Shown here: positions 57,401-64,000 of the stretch, in pieces
Numbering within the stretch: the stretch's first letter is position 1
How the letters are laid out: each line of letters opens with the position of its first letter
NCBI RefSeq assembly: GCF_032444005.1
Contig: NC_091282.1
Location: 489,676,001 to 489,740,000, forward strand
Length of the DNA: 64,000 nt
Source of the DNA: Ranitomeya imitator
Lineage: Eukaryota
Direction of reading: 5' to 3'
Notes under the pieces: generated by a model
What the model saw: only the letters and a program-made list of their open reading frames with translations
Told to the model about the DNA's origin: nothing
Database searches by the model: none
Program-made: the position numbers and the translations under genes

Positions 57401-57717
57401 ACCATGGTGCAGTAGTGGTTCCCATGGTGGCCTTTTACCCAACACCAAACCCAATACCAGAAGTCCCAAGACAGGAAGAGGCTGACCCCGTACTACAGGA
57501 GGTTCCAGGCCAGGAAGAACAGATTCCTGGTCAGAGTAATCCCATTCACGGTGGACTTGCCAACTCCATAGTCGTGGAATTATCTATAGCAGAGCGGGCA
57601 GATACTACATCCGCAGTAGACAGTAGTACACCACATGAAGAGACACCGCTATTACGTAGATCACAGCGTAGTACCCAGGGTCAATTACCGGCCAGGTATG
57701 CAGATTACCAACTATAA
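54436..57717 (+). CDS. pol: Gypsy Pol (RT, RNase H, integrase); frame-disconnected from the protease
   Basis: SPWAAPLVIVKKKDG, MPFGLCNA, YLDDVIVYS, TDASNVGLGAVL, HNGAGH..CRNCGPC, DHVK/TDQG/E integrase core, C-terminal RRSQRSTQGQLPARY. Confidence 0.95.
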   Translation, partial: LHVGINSTPTHQKQGVYRLVTEYEQVFSKHPLDFGRIEGVEHTIPTSDHPPIKERYRPIPPAHYQCAKDMLREMKQAGVIRDSCSPWAAPLVIVKKKDGTMRMCVDYRKINNITHKDAYPLPRIEESLTALKSANYFSTLDLTSGYWQVPVAERDKEKMAFTTPMGLCEFNRMPFGLCNASGTFQWLMECCLGHKNFETVLLYLDDVIVYSKTYEQHLIDLAEVFEALSRYGMKVKPSKCHLLKPKVQYLGHIVSSEGVAPDPEKISAIRDWPRPTSAKEVRQFLGLVGYYRRFIKGFTKLAAPLQDTLVGQTKKPSNRNPPFQWNDEREDSFEQLKKALTGEEVLAYPDYHQPFILYTDASNVGLGAVLSQKQEGREKVIAFASRKLRPTERNSENYSSFKLELLAVVWAVTERFKHYLAAAEFIVYTDNNPLTHLDTAKLGALEQRWIARLSNYNFKIKYRAGRKNGNADALSRMPHLRDVEEEMGELEEIELPAFHHPKAKHHQSSTYQKQQEVNLNPLAHHRWADTQDSNPAVKLVKELLTEQSAYPDEDAPEETHQLWKERGKMFLYQGKLCRRYTNPKTHELVWQIIVPKQDVKMVLEAYHNGAGHFGWKKLEVLLRERFYWVGMRKSIEQWCRNCGPCNLRRNDQKNQRAPLQPIITKQPLELVAMDHVKLTPSRSGYVYALTIVDHYSRFLVVVPIKDLTAKTAAKAFQTYFCRPHGYPEQVLTDQGTAFESEIFREFCNMYGCKKIRTTAYHPQTNGLCEKMNHIVIELLKTLPEAERNQWPEKLPDLVDLYNHVPVSSTNCTPAYLMRARPGQLPIDLEMGILKPDAEVQDSNWDIIRQKQYRQVQESVERSLQQTRERQERTFNQNALATPLRPGDQVLKRNRRTNKLDNQWEAVPYTVLPTRVDNPKMCLISKNGGLTSVLVSRDNLKLCPEALKEPDVVQPEPEVIQPIQVQPVKEKEEEVYHTCIGDFPKTLLTYHGAVVVPMVAFYPTPNPIPEVPRQEEADPVLQEVPGQEEQIPGQSNPIHGGLANSIVVELSIAERADTTSAVDSSTPHEETPLLRRSQRSTQGQLPARYADYQL

Positions 57718-58190
57718 AGCTCATAATGTGAATTGTATATATGTTATGCCGTATATAGTTAAACAGAAAATGTAGTATAGTCATTGTTATCAGTCTGCAA
57801 CGTTTAAGCCCAGTGCCTACAGAGACTTGTCTGTATGAACTTCTTGCATATTCTTGAACTTTTTATCAGCCCGGAGGCACTAAATCAAAGCTCCGGAAAG
57901 ACTGCTTTTTGAACTTTGCTCCTCGCTCTTTTTGAACTTTCTTTAGACTTTATATTGATAACTCCGTTGGAAAAATGGAACTAAATTCCTGGACACAAAG
58001 TGCAGTGCCTTTCCTAGTACCTTCAAGGATAGAACTGTATTAATGGACGCTATTTGAAGTGACTTTGTACAGAACTATATTTTTGTGTCCTCAAGTGGTT
58101 TTTGTAACTTTTCATTTTTAAGACTCTGTACATATTAATTGTTATTTCAAAATGTTATTGTCCCACAGTCCCGGAGTACTGTTCTTAACT

Positions 58191-58199
58191 AAGGGGGAA
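58191..58199 (+). other. Polypurine tract aagggggaa
   Basis: Immediately 5' of LTR 2. Confidence 0.8.
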
Positions 58200-59088
58200 T
58201 GTGGCACCCCTAGGGGTATTTGCCACAAAAATAGTTACTGACAGTAAATGCAAATACTAAAATAGCAAGACTGCACTACCACCTCCGGCCAGAAGGGGGA
58301 GCTCCAGAGACTCCCCTTGATCCATTCTGGTCTGAGAGAAGAACTGGCAGTTGGGCTAAGGAGCTGAAAGTGAGAGGTCATACAGTTGAATCTCTAACAG
58401 CCCTGTGACTGTTACCAGGCCTAAATCACCGGCCTGAGGAGAAGAGGGATAGAGAAAAAGGACATTGTGAGAACCGGGTAGCATTAATCACTACCCAGAA
58501 CAGGCGCAAAGACGGATACCGGATCCGTGGCTGTATTCATTACATATAATACAGCAACCGGAAAAACGTGAGGTGATATCAGCTTCACTAGGGTCGGACG
58601 CAGCAACAGACACAGAGTTCAGCGGTACTCCTGGAGGGGGTAAGCCGATAAAAGGACTTGGGTTGCCCGTCGAACCAGGACCCGGAGGGGACAGATTGGG
58701 CCGGCAGCCAGTTCACATACAGCAGCAGGGCCACACAGATATTGCGTACAATAAGAGGCGAAGACCCCGGCAGGGTCAAAGTAACTCAGAGTTCCCATAC
58801 AGACTCCGGTGACAGGACTGGTTGTAAATCCTTTTTTGTTAAAGTAAACTGGTTAAACGTTTCAGTGCCTCAGTCTTTCATTTGGACAATAGCCATCTAT
58901 CCAGGATTGGGATCATCACCGCTGGGAGAACCTGCTGCTGATCAAGTAAGTGCCTGTTCCCTCACAATACCCTTTACACTGTGCATTGCCTGAGGCCACA
59001 GCACCGGGTCAAGCCACCCGTGACACCCCCCTCAACAGACAGACCCCATTGGTCCGGTGCTGGGTACCCCGGTCTCTTGGGCGTCACA
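58200..59088 (+). repeat. Gypsy LTR 2 (shared between the two tandem units)
   Basis: No difference from LTR 1 seen by eye; followed by a second PBS and leader. Confidence 0.95.
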
Positions 59089-59558
59089 ATTGGCGTCACG
59101 AACAGGATCTAGCCAGCCCGTATACCGGGTATTGTGTGCCGTGATTGGAGCCCAAAACTGTGAAAACTTGGATAAAAAATCTTGAAAATTGACTTTATTA
59201 AAGAAAAATCCATTCTCCATTGAAAACTATTGAAAGTGACTTTTCCCCATTGGTTATAATGGAGTAAAGATGGCCGCCATCCCCTGAGGTAATCACTTCA
59301 TAACCGTTAGGCACGAGACTGTTAATTGAGCTACGCCATCACCTGAGCCCCAGTCTAACTGAAAAACTTCAGAAACCGCCATTACAGAGCGCGGTGGGTG
59401 GGAGCAGCAGGGGGCGTGTCAATGTGGGCGGCACCAAGCTGAGCGCTCTGACATCAGAGCAAGGGGAAAATCGATCCTGCTGCACAGCGGAACGAATCTA
59501 CACTATCCCGACGGAAGCGGAGGACCGGAAGGGTCCGGATTAACTAAGGGGGCACAGT

Positions 59559-60815
59559 ATGTCGCAGCACGGAGACGCCGCAGCACCCGGCGACGCTAAT
59601 GCAGCTGAAAGACAGAGTGTCGATAGAGAGTCCGGTAGCGCAGCGGTGCAAGGAGTGGCGCCCATCATGCCGGTGCTGATGCCATATACCCCGGGTGGCC
59701 CATGGCTTCCAATGTATGAAGGTGAGCCTAATACCCTTGACGATTTCAGAGAAAAGATGCTGGCCCATTTTGACATGTTCCCTGTGGGTGAAGTTCAGCG
59801 TGTTAGTCTCCTGATGATGCAGTTAAGTGGCCATGCTAAGCGAGAAGTCACAGCATGGGCAGCTGATCTAAAAGGCACTGTTGAACACATATTTGCTGGA
59901 TTAAAAGCTACATTTGAAACCACTGCCAGCAGCAAAGCTAAAGTACGATTCTTTAATTGCAAACAAAAAGTTAATGAGGGCGTGAGAGACTTTGCCTTAA
60001 ACCTGCAGGAAGCCCTTAAATCACTTACACTGGCTGAACCCATTTTTAACACCGGAGCGGATAAACTGCTAAGAGATCAATTTATTGAGGGACTCTACAC
60101 CCCTTCTCACCGGGGGCATGTGAGCATGCTTGTTTTTAAGAACCCTGAATTGACATTTGCCCAATTAAAGGAGAGCGTTATACGTCTCCAGCTGGCAGAG
60201 GCACCTCGGGATCAGGATCCTGCGCAACTCATGGCAGAGGCTCCTCAACAACATGGAGTACCAGTGACATCAGCTATGTCCGGGGCCATTGCTAAGCCCC
60301 TGGGGCCCAGTACTAATGAGGCTCTTCAACAAAAGCTTGACTCTTTAACTGATGTTGTTGCTTCAATGGCTAAAACCATGCAGGAGATGAGAGGACCCAA
60401 GATGGAGTTGTCAAACCGTAGAGAAGGTGTTCCATGGATGAGACCCCGGAGATACCCGACATGGAGAGGACGACCCCGCGACCGCTGCCCATCGAACCAG
60501 GACCCGGAGGGGACAGATTGGGCCGGCAGCCAGTTCACATACAGCAGCAGGGCCACACAGATATTGCGTACAATAAGAGGCGAAGACCCCGGCAGGGTCA
60601 AAGTAACTCAGAGTTCCCATACAGACTCCGGTGACAGGACTGGTTGTAAATCCTTTTTTGTTAAAGTAAACTGGTTAAACGTTTCAGTGCCTCAGTCTTT
60701 CATTTGGACAATAGCCATCTATCCAGGATTGGGATCATCACCGCTGGGAGAACCTGCTGCTGATCAAGTAAGTGCCTGTTCCCTCACGATACCCTTTACA
60801 CTGTGCATTGCCTGA
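59559..60815 (+). CDS. Truncated Gag fused in frame to LTR-derived sequence (418 aa; zinc knuckle lost)
   Basis: Matches gag (one visible R>H change) up to RGRPRDR, then continues as the 111-aa LTR ORF (CPSNQDPEG...). Confidence 0.7.
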   Translation: MSQHGDAAAPGDANAAERQSVDRESGSAAVQGVAPIMPVLMPYTPGGPWLPMYEGEPNTLDDFREKMLAHFDMFPVGEVQRVSLLMMQLSGHAKREVTAWAADLKGTVEHIFAGLKATFETTASSKAKVRFFNCKQKVNEGVRDFALNLQEALKSLTLAEPIFNTGADKLLRDQFIEGLYTPSHRGHVSMLVFKNPELTFAQLKESVIRLQLAEAPRDQDPAQLMAEAPQQHGVPVTSAMSGAIAKPLGPSTNEALQQKLDSLTDVVASMAKTMQEMRGPKMELSNRREGVPWMRPRRYPTWRGRPRDRCPSNQDPEGTDWAGSQFTYSSRATQILRTIRGEDPGRVKVTQSSHTDSGDRTGCKSFFVKVNWLNVSVPQSFIWTIAIYPGLGSSPLGEPAADQVSACSLTIPFTLCIA

Positions 60816-60910
60816 GGCCACAGCACCGGGTCAAGCCACCCGTGACACCCCCCTCAACAGACAGACCCCATTGGTCCGGTGCTGGGTACCCCGGTCTCTT
60901 GGGCGTCACA
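60486..60910 (+). repeat. Gypsy LTR 3, 5'-truncated (last about 425 bp)
   Basis: Matches 51666-52090 with two visible substitutions (gcccatcg, ccctcacgat). Confidence 0.93.
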
Positions 60911-61268
60911 CCTCCTAAAGCCAATGGATTACATTGTATTTTGCTGGCTACAGAATGAGTTAACGGAGTTTATCATATTTTTATTTTAACAGATTTTTGG
61001 GGGGACATGATTAGCAGGCTCTTGCTATTATATGTCAGGATCCTCCTGCTCTTTCCTCACAGACCGCACAGCGCTACAGTCCATAAAATGGCTGCTGGTG
61101 GAGGATTATGTGATCAGACCTGTCCAATTGAAAATGTGGCATGAGAAAACTGCTTTTCTATTAAAGGAGACTGATGGACAGGCCTGGTCACATGCTCCTG
61201 CACCAGCAGACATTGTATGGACAGGAGACCTGTGCGAAAAGCCGCACTAACAAGAGAAAATCCTGTCA

Positions 61269-61830
61269 TCTACAATATAACGCTGGGAGCATCACTCTGT
61301 CCGAAGCCTTTATAGACTGCGCAAGCGCAAGCATCGGCGCAGTCTGGACCCCACAGAGTGACGCTCCCAGGAGATTGCGGTATGCGTAAACACTGAACGC
61401 ACACCGCGATCTCCAACGGAGAAGAAGGGACGCGTCAGGAGGGTAAGTATCGGCTATATTCACCTGTCCCCCGTTCCAGCGCTGCGTGCGGCTCCGTCTC
61501 CGACTCCCGGGTCCTCTGCCTGTGACGTTCACAGTTCAGAGGGCGCGATGACGCGCTTAAAGCGTGCCACCCTCTGACTGAACAGTCACAGCCAGAGGAC
61601 CCGGAAGAAGCGGCACACAGCGCTGGATCAGGGCCAGGTGAATATAGCAAGTGTCGGGGGCCTGAGCTAGCGGCGATACCGGCACCTGACCCCCACAGCG
61701 TGCCAGTGTCCCCGCCTGCTCAGGCCCCCAAGCACTCGGCGCCCAGCGACGATAGGTGAGTATGGTATTTTTTTTTTATATATCGCAGCAGCATACGGGG
61801 CATATAATACTATGAAGCATGTTATGGGGG
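61269..61830 (+). mobile_element. Possible Helitron-like non-autonomous element 5' part
   Basis: a|TCtacaatataa start followed by a nested hairpin (61283-61370); leads into minisatellites; 3' CTRR end not in the window. Confidence 0.35.
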
Positions 61831-61835
61831 CCATC

Positions 61836-62647
61836 TGTTGTGAATTCTGTGGCAGAGCTCCCTCCTGTGGTCACAAGTGGTACTTCGGCTGAGTCTGTCT
61901 GTGAGCTTCCGTTGGTGGAGGAGAGTGGTACTGCGGCTTCTGAGTTTCCTTCCTCAGGTGATGTGGTGAAGTCGTTAGGTGCTTCTCTATTTAACTCCAC
62001 CTAGTGCTTTGATCCTGGCCTCCAGTCAATGTTCTAGTATAGGACTTGCTTCCTCCTGGATCGTTCCTGTGGCCTGCTGCTCTGCATAGCTAAGTTCCGC
62101 TTTTGTTATTTTGTTTGCTGTTTTTTCCTGTCCAGCTTGCGTACTTGTTTTTTCTTGCTTGCTGGAAGCTCTGGGACGCAGAGGGTGTACCTCCGTGCCG
62201 TTAGTTCGGTACGGAGGGTCTTTTTGCCCCCTTTGTGTTTGTTTGAAGGGTTTTGTGTTGACCGCAAAGTTACCTTTCCTATCCTCGCTCTGTTCAGAAA
62301 GTCGGGCCTCACTTTGCTAAATCTATTTCATCTCTACGTTTGTATTTTCATCTTACTCACAGTCATTATATGTGGGGGCTGCCTTTTCCTTTGGGGTATT
62401 TCCTTGAGGCAAGGTAGGCTTATTTTCTATCTTCAGGCTAGCTAGTTTCTCAGGCTGTGCCGAGTTGCATAGGGAGCGTTAGGCGCAATCCACGGCTGCC
62501 TCTAGTGTGTGTTGGTGAGGATTAGGGATTGCGGTCAGCAGAGTTTCCACGTCTCAGAGCTCGTTCTTTGCTTTTGGGTTATTGTCAGATCACTGTATGT
62601 GCTCTGGCTTCTATGTCCATTGTGGTACTGAATTGCCTATCATAACA
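61836..62647 (+). mobile_element. Solo LTR (812 bp, TGTT...AACA) related to 30691-31502
   Basis: tgttgtgaatt...cataaca; flanks gccatc/gccata; shared blocks (gctggaagctctggg, gtgggggct.....tcctttgggtatt). Confidence 0.85.
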
Positions 62648-63720
62648 GCCATAAACCTTTATGGAGCAGTGTACGGGGCATATAGTATGGAGCATCTTAT
62701 GGGGGCCATGATAAACCTTTATGGAACAGCGTACGGGGCATACACTATGGAGCATCTTATGGGGCCATCAACCATAATGGAGCAGTGTACGAGGGCATAT
62801 ACTATGGAGCATCTTATGGGGGCCATAAACCTTTATGGAGCAGTGTACGGGGGCATATACAATGGAGCATCTTATGGGGGCCATCAACATTTATGGAGCA
62901 GTGTACAGGGTATATATTATGGATCATCTTAAGGGGGCCATAAACCTTTATGGAGCAGTGTACGGGGTATATAGTATGGAGCATCTTATGGGGGCCATAA
63001 ACCTTTATGGAACAGCGTACGGGGCATACACTATGGAGCATCTTATGGGGCCATCAACCATAATGGAGCAGTGTACGAGGGCATATACTCTGGAGCATCT
63101 TATGGGGGCCATAAACCTTTATGGAGCAGTGTACGGGGGCATATACTATGGAGCATCTTATGGGGGCCATAAACCTTTATGGAACAGCGTACGGGGCATA
63201 CACTATGGAGCATCTTATGAGGCCATCAACCATAATGGAGCAGTGTACGAGGGCATATACTATGGAGCATCTTACGGGGGCCATAAACCTTTATGGAGCA
63301 GTGTACGGGGGCATATACAATGGAGCATCTTATGGGGGCCATAAACCTTTATGGAGCAGTGTATGAGGGCATATACTATGGAACATCTTATGGGGGCCAT
63401 AAACCTTTATGGAGCAGTGTACGAGGGCATATACTATGGAGCATCTTATGGGGGCCATAAACCTTTATGGAGCAGTGTATGGGGGCATATACTATGGAGC
63501 ATCTTATGGGGACCATAAACCTTTATGGAGCAGTGTACAGGGTATATAATATGGAGCATCTTATGGGGGCCATAAACCTTTATGGAGCAGTGTACAGGGA
63601 ATATACTATGGAGCATCTTATGGGGTCATCAACCTTTATGGAGCAGTGTACGGGGCATATACTATGGAGCATCTTATGGGGGCCATAAACCTTTATGGAG
63701 CAGCGTATGGGGCATATGGA
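62648..63720. repeat. Satellite, about 57-58-bp unit atggagcagtgtacgggggcatatactatggagcatcttatgggggccataaaccttt
   Basis: About 18 tandem copies. Confidence 0.95.
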
Positions 63721-64000
63721 TGGGAGCAGCAAATTAAAGAACGGTGTCGCAGGATGGGAGCAGCACATGACAGAACGGGGGCGCAGGATGGGAGCAGAAC
63801 ATGACAGAATAGGGCAGCACATGACAGAACGGGGGTGCAGGATGGCAGCAGCACATGACAGAACGGGTGCAGGATGGAAGCAGCACATGACAGAATGGGG
63901 GCGCAGGATCGGAGCAACATATGACAGAACGGGGGCGCAGGATGGCAGCAGCACATGACAGAACGGGGGTGCAGGATGGAAGCAGCACATGACAGGATGG
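63720..64000. repeat. Minisatellite, about 33-34-bp unit gcaggatgggagcagcacatgacagaacgggggc
   Basis: About 8 copies running to the window end. Confidence 0.92.

Noticed and set aside
58200-60485. Second Gypsy unit as an assembly duplication
   Set aside because: Several single-base differences from the first unit are visible, so an exact artefactual copy is less likely; reads are still needed.
62582-63990. Repetitive ORFs such as MEQCTGAYTMEHLMGAINLYG
   Set aside because: Satellite translations; no evidence of a real repeat protein.

Overview
This is vertebrate genomic DNA, very probably a frog (inferred from the repeat families), and roughly 90% of it is transposable elements. The one clear host gene is an intact single-coding-exon GT92-family glycosyltransferase on the minus strand (33960-35219). 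In order, the window holds: (1) a fold-back Penelope-like retroelement (RT + GIY-YIG, about 2-kb inverted arms, a minimal hammerhead ribozyme in each arm) at 1-6300; (2) a 13.7-kb nest at 9475-23132, in which a non-autonomous TIR element holds two Tc1 transposons with intact DD34E ORFs, and the second Tc1 is split by an 8.7-kb PIF/Harbinger transposon with a perfect TTA target duplication; (3) a second nest at 25777-33789 (solo LTR > decayed piggyBac > hammerhead-bearing Penelope fragment plus another solo LTR); (4) a CR1 LINE interrupted by a 1-kb palindromic TTAA MITE; (5) many Harbinger-type MITEs, L2 and SINE fragments and a decayed Tc1; (6) a young Gypsy provirus in an LTR-gag-pro-pol-LTR-gag'-LTR' tandem (51202-60910); (7) a Helitron-like start, a solo LTR and satellites. 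The most notable object is the Harbinger. It appears to carry three intact genes: the DDE transposase, a 2-exon MADF protein, and a 6-exon Myb/SANT-like gene that the ORF track misses. That third gene lies antisense inside the predicted 5'UTR intron of the transposase, and the two outer genes have mirror-image TATA promoters. All coordinates, alignments and splice models were derived by eye (allow a few bp of error). No database search was run, so family names rest on recognised motifs and novelty is not established.
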